Part shown: positions 39,181-51,109 of the stretch, piece after piece | How positions within the stretch are numbered: position 1 is the first letter of the stretch | Layout of the letters: each line of letters begins with the position of its first letter | The notes under the pieces: generated by a model | What the model saw: the letters and a program-made list of their open reading frames with translations, nothing else | Databases searched by the model: none | Told to the model about the DNA's origin: nothing | Made by a program: the position numbers and the translations under genes | Origin: Mizuhopecten yessoensis | Lineage: Eukaryota | Direction of reading: 5' to 3' | Length of the DNA stretch: 64,000 nt | Assembly: GCF_002113885.1 (NCBI RefSeq) | Contig: NW_018405533.1 | Location: 136,313 to 200,312 of the forward strand

Positions 39181-40725
39181 TTTTTAGGTCACACGAGCTT
39201 TGCGCAAGTGACCTATTCTGATCGCTTTCCGTCCGTCGTCGTCCGTGGTGCGTAGTGCGTAATTTTTTTACATTTTCAACTTCTTCTCAAGAACCAGTGA
39301 GTGGAATTTTTTCAAACTTGGTCAAAATCATCCTTGGTAGATGAGGCAACAAAATTGTAAAATTAGGATACCTACCCCAACCCCTGGGGCCAGGTCGGAG
39401 CCCCAAAGGGAAAATTTACAAATATTTCAAAAATCTTCTTTTCCAGACTCAGAGGTACTACAGCCATTTTCTCTGCATGGAAGGAAAAACCATCAGGGGC
39501 TTTATTTGAATTGTAAACTTCAGGACCCTCGATCTATCCGTTCTCTCTTGGGGAGGGGGTAAAGTTTACTATAGTTTATATAGGGAAATAGCACTTTTGG
39601 GTATATTTTGACAATTTTCTGAAGAAATTATTCTTATTTAGTGAGAATCATCCTTGAAGAAAGATGGTTTTGAAATTGTAAAATTGGGATTCTACCCCAA
39701 CCCTAGAGGCCAGGGCGGGGCCACAAAGGGATAATTAACCATTTTTTCAAAACATTTTCTCTCCAGATTCAAAGGTACTACAGTCAATTTCAGTGCTTGG
39801 ACAGAAAGATCATCAGGAACTTTATTTGAATTGTAAACTTCAGGACCCTCGAGCTATCCGTTCTCTCTTGGGGAGGGGGTAAAATTTACTATAGTTTATA
39901 TAGGGAAATAGCACTTTTGGGTATATTTTGACAATTTTCTGTAGAAATTATTCTTATTTAGTGAGAATCATCCTTGGAGAAAGATGGTTTTCAAATTGTA
40001 AAATTGGGATTCTACCCCAACCCTAGAGGCCAGGGCGAGGCCACAAAGGGATAATTAACCAATTGTTCAAAACATTTTCTCTCCAGACTCAAAGGTACTA
40101 CAGTCATTTTCAGTGCTTGGACAGAAAGATCATCCGGAACTTTATTTGAATTGTCAATTTCAGGACCCTCGAGCTATCCGTTCTCTCTTGGGGAGGGCGT
40201 AAAATTTACTATAGTTTATTTAGGGAAATAGCACTTTTGGGTATATTTTGACAATTTTCTGTAGAAATTATTCTTATTTAGTGAGAATCATCCTTGGAGA
40301 AAGATGGTTTTCAAATTGTAAAATATGGATTCTACCCCAACCCTAGAGGCCAGGGCGGGGCCCCAAAGGGAGAATTAACCATTTTTTCAAAAGAAATCCT
40401 TTCCAGAATCAGAAGGACAACAGTCAAGTTCAATGCTTGGATAGAAAGATCATCAGGAGCGTTATTGAAATTGTCAATTTCAGGACCCCCAAGCCATTCT
40501 TTCCGCCTTAGGGAGGGGGTAAAGTTAACCATAGTTTATATAGGGAAATAACACTTTTGAGTATATTTTATCCATTTTCAGCAAAAAATTACTCAAACTT
40601 GGTCAGAATCATCTTTGGTCAATGAGGGTATTACATTGTAAAATTGGGATTCCTGCTTTATCCCCAGGGGCTAGGGTGGGGCCCTAAAGGGAATATTTAT
40701 CAATATTTTAAAATTCTTATCCTTT
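39181..40725 (+). mobile_element. Non-autonomous Helentron/HINE-like element with ~320-bp internal tandem array (~4.3 copies)
   Basis: Begins in a T-run with hairpin taggtcac...gtgaccta, then a (gtcc/gtc)n microsatellite, then units starting aatcatc at ~39326, 39646, 39966, 40286 and 40607. The 3' end was not seen. Confidence 0.8.
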
Positions 40726-41289
40726 GATGACATGACAAGTATTGTATTTCACTTAGTTTATATGTTGATTTCCACATTATAACTAAAAAATAAAATAAAG
40801 CTACCAAAGTTTGTGTATAAAATAACTCTTTGCTATTATATATTCCAAATTGGACAACAACATTTCTTGAAGAACTGCATGTTCGTATTTGTTTCTTATT
40901 ATTCTGTTTTAAACATAGGCTATCATAATTTATAACTTGTACATATTGTTTACGATACCTTATATAACGTTTGCACTTAAATTTACAGGATAATACGCAA
41001 CAAAAACATGATGGGTGGATCAACCAACAATGTTGCAAACAATTCATCGATTTATCGCCATGGACTTTTTTTGTGTAAACCATTCAATGTGATAATCTTA
41101 ATCTATGGGGTATTTGAGAGATACAAGGTAAGTTTGCAGTGTTGCCCACATACTATGAATCGCACTACCGAATTGTTGATCAAATAATATTTTTTCTGCC
41201 CTTTTGAACCGTTTCCGAACATAAATCATGGTAAACATATTATATAATAAGCACTGCAAGTTCTTTCAAAAATAAATTTGGCCAGCAAC

Positions 41290-41475
41290 CTGTAAAAGTA
41301 GAAATTTTCGCAAGTGGGAATGATAAACACATCTCGGTGTGCAAATTATCGCCACGACATTAGTTTTGATATATGTATATCTTTATAATTCATATATTTG
41401 CGTGTAGACATTTACTTTACTCAATACGCGAAACTAGCGAGTATTGCCATATCGTGAACATTTCTACTTTTACAA
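41290..41475. mobile_element. Small MITE
   Basis: Inverted ends tgtaaaagtagaaat / atttctacttttaca. Confidence 0.7.
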
Positions 41476-41892
41476 ATATAACCATATTGAACCATTTTAC
41501 ATCGGTATTATTTCAGCTATATAATAATGCCAGTGTACAGTGAAGTCTTTACCAATAAAACATTGAGAGTAGGTACCCATATACAATAGATGAGTGATAT
41601 TATATAACGTTGTTGTATATGCAATAATATTATATAGATTTCATAAGTAAAACCGACAGTATGATCCAATTATTGACACTTGATCCTAACAAACAAATAT
41701 TGGCTGGATACGTATTTCTTAAATATATATGAGCATTGAAACAATAACGAAAGTGCAGACAAAAGAATTTGCAGAATTCATCATAAGTGTTTCTGGATTG
41801 TACATGTATATATATGATAGAAATATCCAACCGAAGCGTATAGAATAATGGGCGAAAACCGAGGCTTGCCAAGGTTTTTGAACTCAAATTGT

Positions 41893-42440
41893 TTACCCGA
41901 GAGTAGGACATTTCTATCATACAAGAGTTATGTTATACCCGAGAGTAGGACATTTCTATCATACAATAGTTATGGTATACCCGAGAGTAGGATATTTCTA
42001 TTATACAATAGTATGTTATACCCGAGAGTAGGACATTTCTATCATACAATAGTTATGTTATTCCCGAGAGTAGGACATTCCTATCATACAATAGTTTTGT
42101 TATACCCGAGAGTAGGCCATTTCTATCATAAAATAGTTATGTTATACTCGAGAGTAGGACATTCCTATCATACAATAGTTATGGGATACCCGAGAGTAGG
42201 CCATTTCTATCATAAAATAGTATGTTATACCCGAGAGAAGGAAATTTCTATCATACAATAGGTATGTTATACCCGAGACTAGGACATTTCTATCATAAAA
42301 TAGTATGTTATCCCCGAGATTAGGACAATTCTATCATACAATAGTTTTGTTATCCCCGAGAGTAGGCCATTTCTATCATACAATAGGTATGTTATACCCG
42401 AGAGTAGGACATTTCTATCATACAATAGTTATACCTGAGT
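41893..42440. repeat. 40-42-bp minisatellite, ~13 copies, within a palindromic element
   Basis: Unit ttatacccgagagtaggacatttctatcatacaatagttatg. An inverted copy tatgatagaaatatccaac lies at 41813 across the centre aaaaccgaggcttgccaaggtttt. Confidence 0.92.
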
Positions 42441-42863
42441 AATATTGTTACATTGCTTACCACTTTATTTGATTGACCAAAATCAATTAAATTGGCGTTA
42501 AACTTGCCGCGGCATGATGTCATCTAATTGTCTTTGCACTGTGACGTCATTCCCATTTAAGATAGATTGATCTAAAACGTTTTCTGCATTGTGAGCAAAT
42601 TATATCTTTTATGGATGGCTATGTAAGTAAAATCTAAATTCAGTCATAATGTAAGCGATCAACAGATTGGTATTGCATGCTACAGTTAATTAAAAATTAC
42701 AATTTACTTATATTTATTTTCAGAAAATATGACGATAAATCCGCCTGTTGAAGGGTGTTATTTGTTCCGAAATCAATCATCAGGAAACGAATCTATGAAA
42801 TCAAAGATGGCCGACCAGTCACGTCTGGCAAGTTTCTATTCATAACCTCGTATCGCCAATTCA

Positions 42864-45141
42864 ATGTATGACAAGGAAACGCAACTAGAACAACACCAGG
42901 CTGAACACGTTTCAAGTCCAGAAGATACAGCTCCTTCGGACGAGACACAGACAGTAGAATCACGTGATCAAAGTGGCAGAGGAAACATGTATAATACAAA
43001 TCATGATTCTATTAGTCATACTAGGACCAACGAAACGTCGACTGGAACACTAGAGACAGTCCCACCGAAGTATCAGCAGTTCTCTGTACTCGCCACCCGT
43101 CTTAACTCATATAGACACTGGCCAAAGCATCTCAAACAACGTCCCGAGGACTTGGCAAAAGCTGGTCTCTTTTATGAAGGTAAGGATAATATCGGAAACC
43201 TTGAACTGTGCACTTCAATGTAAAAACCATCGAATATATAGTTAATTATCAATTCCTTTTGGATCGATAACTCACACTGACCCTATTATTATGCATTTCT
43301 AAGTGATAAATTATATATTCCAAAGTCTGTGAAGTTAAGAAATAATGTTAATAGGCAGCTCTGATCTTTTGATTTCCAATATTGTTACTGATTTTTCTTT
43401 TTGTCTTGACACACAGGAAAAAACGACTACGTAAGATGCTTCCACTGCGCAGGGGGAATGCGTGAATGGGACCCGGAAGATGAACCTTTTTATGAGCATG
43501 CGCGGTGGTTCCCTTTTTGTCCATTCATGAAACTGATCAAGGGCGACAAGTACATAATGGGTGTCCAGTCAGGAACAATCCAACCACCTGATGTACAGGT
43601 GAATATATAGACATTAACGGTTGTACCAATTTATACCAAAGCTGTTTCAAATAGTTATATCAGCTTAACGCAATGCGATTCATGTCTTTACAATGTAATA
43701 AGAAGGCAAATAAAACAACATATTCAAATGAACATACATATATTTACATTCAAATTAATTATATCACGAACATATATTTCTAGCAAGCTTCAATTCTAAA
43801 GGCTGTTTCAGAAATAAGCAAGAATCGCGTGTAAATTAGGGGTTCTTATAGTTCAGAATATTGTTAAGTTCTCTGCATCCGATATATTAGAACTTGATTT
43901 ATTTTGAACGATGTCTAAATTCTAGCTTGCTGGTTTAGAGAACAATTAATGAATGTTTGATAAAAAAAAAAAAAAAATTCAAAGCTGTAGTGCATACTTG
44001 TCAAATAGAGTTCTTATTACTCATTATGTTATTTTGTTTGTAGCGCGATGAGTCCAGACAAGAGATCGATATGTTTGAACATCCAGCTGTACTCAGCGTC
44101 ATGGAACTGGGCTTCAGTAAAGACATTCTGACAAAGGTCATTACAGTGTACAGGAAACGTCACGGTATGTATACCTTCTGTACAACTATTTATGTCAATA
44201 CTGGTGTTAACTAAATAGTTATTATTCTCATTTGTATTTTCAATATCATGTAAATAAAATGTAATAATTTGATATTTTAACCTTAATATTTTAAATCAAA
44301 TACTTTAAACAAAATTATGTGATTTTTGAAAGAAAACATATCTGAATGTCAGTTTGAATAACACTTAATGCATATATTTCTTAAAACGAATTTTTGACCA
44401 TATATCTATTATCATTGGTTCACTTTACAGGCACGGATTTATGTGCTGAGAAGCTTTTGCATATCGTCTGGGAAATAGAAGAAAATTATGACATGGATGT
44501 CATCCCAGAAGACGACATTATAGAAACCAAACAGGCCAATCATAATCAAGAGGAAAGGGAATGTGAAAGAACATGTGAAGATACGGAACTCACGAAGAAA
44601 GATGAAATTACGAAAACGAAAGGTAATGAAAAAAGATATAGAAATTTCATGAAAATATGCTTCAGGATTTTTCATGGAAAACTTAATGCTACGACTGTGT
44701 GAACAAATTATAATCTACAATACTAGAAATTCTACTCTTCACGTGGTTACGGACTATTGCATAGAACATCTGCGACCATAACCATACAGTTTACGTTTGG
44801 TAAATATATGAACACGGTCTCGGAACGATATCCAATTATATGGGACTATATGGAAGCCATCTCCATTTCGAATAAATGAAAATGGGAACTTTTACGAATT
44901 TGTAGTGATTGTTTCCTTAACTTAATGTTTTATTTGTTTTACAGGTATTGATGAGCTAACAGAGGAAAATCGAGAACTTCGTGAACAGAAGATATGTAAG
45001 GTGTGTCTCGACGAGGAGGCTAGTATTGTGTTCTTGCCTTGTGGACATTTGGTCACGTGCCCTATGTGTGCCTCGGCCTTACGGAAGTGTCCAGTTTGTC
45101 GGACTTACATCAGGGGCACGGTCAAGGCTATCATATCGTAA
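42864..45141 (+). CDS. Inhibitor of apoptosis protein (BIRC family), single BIR + UBA-like + C-terminal RING, ~335 aa
   Basis: Exons 42864-43179, 43417-43598, 44044-44164, 44431-44622 and 44945-45141, all GT-AG with compatible phases (1008 nt in total). BIR: RLNSYRHWP...[18 protein letters not shown]-x16-H-x6-C. UBA-like: [16 protein letters not shown]: [36 protein letters not shown]. The start codon is uncertain. Confidence 0.92.
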
Positions 45142-45772
45142 GCAAATGTGTACGACCGAACAACATTCAGCTCAAAAATTGCGCAAGCGAGCATTACCTA
45201 CAGCAAAATTGAACATGTGAGCAATACGAAACACATTCATCGTCAGATCGGAATGCAGATGATCACAGCTGACCTTGAATGTACCGTTACATGATATATT
45301 GCCGACTTGTTCATTATACTGGGCAATCATCACCCACTCACACTGTACAAAATCTGTATTTTTCAAAAGTTCATTTTCTGATATCCAAATTTTGTAAATC
45401 TTCCATGAGATCAACATTTTGTTGATACAACTACATTTCTGTTAGAGCTTTTCCATAATAAATCATGTGAAGGAGGCGAGTGGCACGTGTATTTAAACAC
45501 TATTGTTGTAGTGTTAAATCCGAAACTCCCTACCATTCCATATATTGAATCAGTTTCAGCATTTGATGATTGATAGACCTCTTGAGAATAGCCTCTCACC
45601 ACTCCCAAAGAGTATATCCTGAAACAGCCCTTAGTGAATCTTTGTTCAAAGAAAACCTATTTTTCTTTACCAAATACAGCTAGCAGACAATATGTCTTAA
45701 TATGATAGTTCTGATTAATATATAAATGTTAACATTTTCAGGAAACCAATCTTTTGTCTATCATACAATTTT

Positions 45773-45928
45773 ATTCAGCATTGTCAGTTAATTCAGCATT
45801 GTCGGTTCATTCAGCATCGTCGGTTCATTCAGCATCGTCAGTTTATTCAGCATTGTCAGTTCATTCAGCATTGTCAGTTTATTCAGCATTGTCAGTTTAT
45901 TCAGCATTGTCGTTTCATTCAGCATTGT
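45773..45928. repeat. 18-bp minisatellite, ~8.5 copies (repeated at 48843-48998)
   Basis: Unit attcagcattgtcagttt. Confidence 0.92.
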
Positions 45929-46271
45929 AGGTGCTCTTTTTGTGCAGAACTTAATTTTTTTTTTGTAATTTCTTTTATAAATTTATTTAAGATGAGATTT
46001 ATGCTTGTTAAAAAAATATATTTGAAAATGAATTAAAAACACATTACACTTGTTGTTTTCTTTCCTTATTGTCTTTACAATCTTATATTGTTTAATGTTT
46101 AAACCTACACTATTGATAACCATACATAGATCTCTACCATCCACACGAAGTCTCGTATATAATCTCTATATCTTTACATATTGGACAATGTGTAAAACAC
46201 AGTAACATGTTTCCTACACAATCTGTTACATCCACAGATCTCCGTCTCACACACATAACAGATATGCTCCC

Positions 46272-46642
46272 TCAACATTTAAGAAAGAAAATATCAAAAA
46301 GAAAAGTTGTTTTTATAAAGCATTGGTAGGAAGCAGCATTGACCGTTTCCGATGATGTGACTACTGTTGCTACAATAGGAGACACAGCTGATGCTGCGAT
46401 ATTTGCTGCAGCTGCACTTGGATCCCCTGCAGCAGCCGCTGTCTGTAGGGGAAGGGTACCATCTACACCCTGGGGCACCTCTCCTGTTGCTTGAGTGGGG
46501 AGAGTAAAGTTCATTGGGAGGTTAGGGAGGGGAGCAGGGGTTTGAATAGACATCGGCAGAGTAGCTCCCGGGGAAAACGCAGCACTTGGTGGTGCGGGAC
46601 TGCCCCTTCCTGGTGGTGACATTGTACTGCTGGTAGTCACAC
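46272..46642 (-). CDS. Duplicate of the Pro/Ala-rich terminal exon at 49342-49712 (within the probable artefactual duplication)
   Basis: Same sequence as 49342-49712, offset by 3070 bp. Cut by the N just upstream of its acceptor. Confidence 0.4.
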
Positions 46643-46649
46643 CTGCAGN

Positions 46650-49600
46650 CCAACCACCTGATGTACAGGTGAATATATAGACATTAACGGTTGTACCAAT
46701 TTATACCAAAGCTGTTTCAAATAGTTATATCAGCTTAACGCAATGCGATTCATGTCTTTACAATGTAATAAGAAGGCAAATAAAACAACATATTCAAATG
46801 AACATACATATATTTACATTCAAATTAATTATATCACGAACATATATTTCTAGCAAGCTTCAATTCTAAAGGCTGTTTCAGAAATAAGCAAGAATCGCGT
46901 GTAAATTAGGGGTTCTTATAGTTCAGAATATTGTTAAGTTCTCTGCATCCGATATATTAGAACTTGATTTATTTTGAACGATGTCTAAATTCTAGCTTGC
47001 TGGTTTAGAGAACAATTAATGAATGTTTGATAAAAAAAAAAAAAAAATTCAAAGCTGTAGTGCATACTTGTCAAATAGAGTTCTTATTACTCATTATGTT
47101 ATTTTGTTTGTAGCGCGATGAGTCCAGACAAGAGATCGATATGTTTGAACATCCAGCTGTACTCAGCGTCATGGAACTGGGCTTCAGTAAAGACATTCTG
47201 ACAAAGGTCATTACAGTGTACAGGAAACGTCACGGTATGTATACCTTCTGTACAACTATTTATGTCAATACTGGTGTTAACTAAATAGTTATTATTCTCA
47301 TTTGTATTTTCAATATCATGTAAATAAAATGTAATAATTTGATATTTTAACCTTAATATTTTAAATCAAATACTTTAAACAAAATTATGTGATTTTTGAA
47401 AGAAAACATATCTGAATGTCAGTTTGAATAACACTTAATGCATATATTTCTTAAAACGAATTTTTGACCATATATCTATTATCATTGGTTCACTTTACAG
47501 GCACGGATTTATGTGCTGAGAAGCTTTTGCATATCGTCTGGGAAATAGAAGAAAATTATGACATGGATGTCATCCCAGAAGACGACATTATAGAAACCAA
47601 ACAGGCCAATCATAATCAAGAGGAAAGGGAATGTGAAAGAACATGTGAAGATACGGAACTCACGAAGAAAGATGAAATTACGAAAACGAAAGGTAATGAA
47701 AAAAGATATAGAAATTTCATGAAAATATGCTTCAGGATTTTTCATGGAAAACTTAATGCTACGACTGTGTGAACAAATTATAATCTACAATACTAGAAAT
47801 TCTACTCTTCACGTGGTTACGGACTATTGCATAGAACATCTGCGACCATAACCATACAGTTTACGTTTGGTAAATATATGAACACGGTCTCGGAACGATA
47901 TCCAATTATATGGGACTATATGGAAGCCATCTCCATTTCGAATAAATGAAAATGGGAACTTTTACGAATTTGTAGTGATTGTTTCCTTAACTTAATGTTT
48001 TATTTGTTTTACAGGTATTGATGAGCTAACAGAGGAAAATCGAGAACTTCGTGAACAGAAGATATGTAAGGTGTGTCTCGACGAGGAGGCTAGTATTGTG
48101 TTCTTGCCTTGTGGACATTTGGTCACGTGCCCTATGTGTGCCTCGGCCTTACGGAAGTGTCCAGTTTGTCGGACTTACATCAGGGGCACGGTCAAGGCTA
48201 TCATATCGTAAGCAAATGTGTACGACCGAACAACATTCAGCTCAAAAATTGCGCAAGCGAGCATTACCTACAGCAAAATTGAACATGTGAGCAATACGAA
48301 ACACATTCATCGTCAGATCGGAATGCAGATGATCACAGCTGACCTTGAATGTACCGTTACATGATATATTGCCGACTTGTTCATTATACTGGGCAATCAT
48401 CACCCACTCACACTGTACAAAATCTGTATTTTTCAAAAGTTCATTTTCTGATATCCAAATTTTGTAAATCTTCCATGAGATCAACATTTTGTTGATACAA
48501 CTACATTTCTGTTAGAGCTTTTCCATAATAAATCATGTGAAGGAGGCGAGTGGCACGTGTATTTAAACACTATTGTTGTAGTGTTAAATCCGAAACTCCC
48601 TACCATTCCATATATTGAATCAGTTTCAGCATTTGATGATTGATAGACCTCTTGAGAATAGCCTCTCACCACTCCCAAAGAGTATATCCTGAAACAGCCC
48701 TTAGTGAATCTTTGTTCAAAGAAAACCTATTTTTCTTTACCAAATACAGCTAGCAGACAATATGTCTTAATATGATAGTTCTGATTAATATATAAATGTT
48801 AACATTTTCAGGAAACCAATCTTTTGTCTATCATACAATTTTATTCAGCATTGTCAGTTAATTCAGCATTGTCGGTTCATTCAGCATCGTCGGTTCATTC
48901 AGCATCGTCAGTTTATTCAGCATTGTCAGTTCATTCAGCATTGTCAGTTTATTCAGCATTGTCAGTTTATTCAGCATTGTCGTTTCATTCAGCATTGTAG
49001 GTGCTCTTTTTGTGCAGAACTTAATTTTTTTTTTGTAATTTCTTTTATAAATTTATTTAAGATGAGATTTATGCTTGTTAAAAAAATATATTTGAAAATG
49101 AATTAAAAACACATTACACTTGTTGTTTTCTTTCCTTATTGTCTTTACAATCTTATATTGTTTAATGTTTAAACCTACACTATTGATAACCATACATAGA
49201 TCTCTACCATCCACACGAAGTCTCGTATATAATCTCTATATCTTTACATATTGGACAATGTGTAAAACACAGTAACATGTTTCCTACACAATCTGTTACA
49301 TCCACAGATCTCCGTCTCACACACATAACAGATATGCTCCCTCAACATTTAAGAAAGAAAATATCAAAAAGAAAAGTTGTTTTTATAAAGCATTGGTAGG
49401 AAGCAGCATTGACCGTTTCCGATGATGTGACTACTGTTGCTACAATAGGAGACACAGCTGATGCTGCGATATTTGCTGCAGCTGCACTTGGATCCCCTGC
49501 AGCAGCCGCTGTCTGTAGGGGAAGGGTACCATCTACACCCTGGGGCACCTCTCCTGTTGCTTGAGTGGGGAGAGTAAAGTTCATTGGGAGGTTAGGGAGG

Positions 49601-49718
49601 GGAGCAGGGGTTTGAATAGACATCGGCAGAGTAGCTCCCGGGGAAAACGCAGCACTTGGTGGTGCGGGACTGCCCCTTCCTGGTGGTGACATTGTACTGC
49701 TGGTAGTCACACCTGCAG
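46650..49718 (+). repeat. Apparently identical copy of 43580-46648 (IAP exons 3-5 repeated); probable assembly artefact
   Basis: All ORFs recur at +3070 with identical translations. The copies are joined by a single N at 46649 and homopolymer lengths match. Confidence 0.9.
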
Positions 49719-50356
49719 CAAACACACAAGAACAAGATAATGCCAGTTATAACACATCAAATACCTGAAGATAAAACAACCCTTTCTCGAATAAATAGAC
49801 ATCAAGAGTGTGTGTATATTTTACTCATTCTAAGATGTGATGTAGTTTATTTGTATTGTGAGGCATTGGCACATCCAGTTAGGATTATGATGTAATTTAC
49901 CATTGGGGTGAGGGAGGCATCTGTATTAATATATTAATTTACTAGTTGTGGGGTTGAATCCATATTTGCCTACCAATCTTTATATCAAATATTTTTGCTA
50001 ATTTTATGGGTGTTGGGGTCATCGAAAAAGTGCCTCCCACCCCTCCCTTATGGTTAATTAGTGAACAGCTCTTACCCATTTATCAGGTATCTATTAGTAT
50101 CAATCACATTATTTCCTGATATGTCAGATACTGACACGTACCTGTGAAGCAATCAACAAAACGTCCATTAGGTTAGTTTATTGATATACAATCTGTAACT
50201 TACCTGGGAGAGTAGGTAACGATGACATGGCTGGAAGTGCACCAGGCTGCATCCCCGGCAGCGACATCGGCATGGTAAAGGGAGGTAATGATGATAAGTT
50301 AGGCATTCCCGATAAGTTAGGTATTCCTGCTAAATTAGGCATTGTTGTTGCTGGTA
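49342..50356 (-). CDS. Last two exons of a Ser/Pro-rich protein, resembling the GRASP55 (GORASP2) C-terminal region
   Basis: Exon 50356-50204 (153 nt, phase 1-1, tttcag/GTAAGT) encodes PATTMPNLAGIPNLSGMPNLSSLPPFTMPMSLPGMQPG. Exon 49712-49342 (ctgcag) continues in frame. The identity rests on low-complexity resemblance only; no PDZ exons were seen. Confidence 0.6.
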
Positions 50357-51109
50357 CTGAAATAGGTACAAATAAAAAAAGTTTCTATGTAAAGCATGAA
50401 CAAGTGAAAACAGTCTTTCAATTTTTGTAACATATTTTAGCTATATAATTTAGTGGTAATAATTGTAAAGCCAGGGATGTACGTAAGAGGCAATGAAATA
50501 CAGCTACTCCATAACTGCCGTTTGTTCCTTCAGAGAAGGTCAGGGTTACCTATAGGTAGGTATATAGTGAGTTTTTTTTAAATTATAGGTGTTAAGGTTA
50601 TTTGGTTTTGGTTCCACAGATTTATCAAAACACCCTATAAATTATACCATAAGCTTACAAGTGATTCCCTCTGACGAAAGATCAGACGTTTACAGTAGGT
50701 TCAGTGATACCCCCCACCTCAATAACTGATGACATTTTATAGATTCGGTTAAGTGATGCCCAGTAAAGGGTTTCTAGGGTAAATGAATTAAGTAAAATGT
50801 GTTTATTTACATGTGATGCCCCCGCCGGTTGACGAGAAGTTTGGTAATGGTGTTGGCTGAAAAGGTAACCCATGACCAGCACCACTTTCACTTGCAGGGA
50901 TCACCGGTGTGGTCGTTTACCTAATCAATGACATTAATAAATATCTTGTTTTACATTAAATCACTGGATACTGCAAAGAGTTTATGTTTCATTTTCATGG
51001 CCTGAAAGTTATTCTGAATTTATGCAAAACTTAAATTTCACGACTTTTTCGCTTATTTAGTTATTAAGCAAAGTATCGCAAGAACTTAAACCCTTCGTAC
51101 CTTTCTAAG

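Noticed and set aside
47114-48211. A second genuine IAP gene
   Set aside because: Lacks the BIR exons, begins at an N and appears identical to the first copy; probable assembly overlap.
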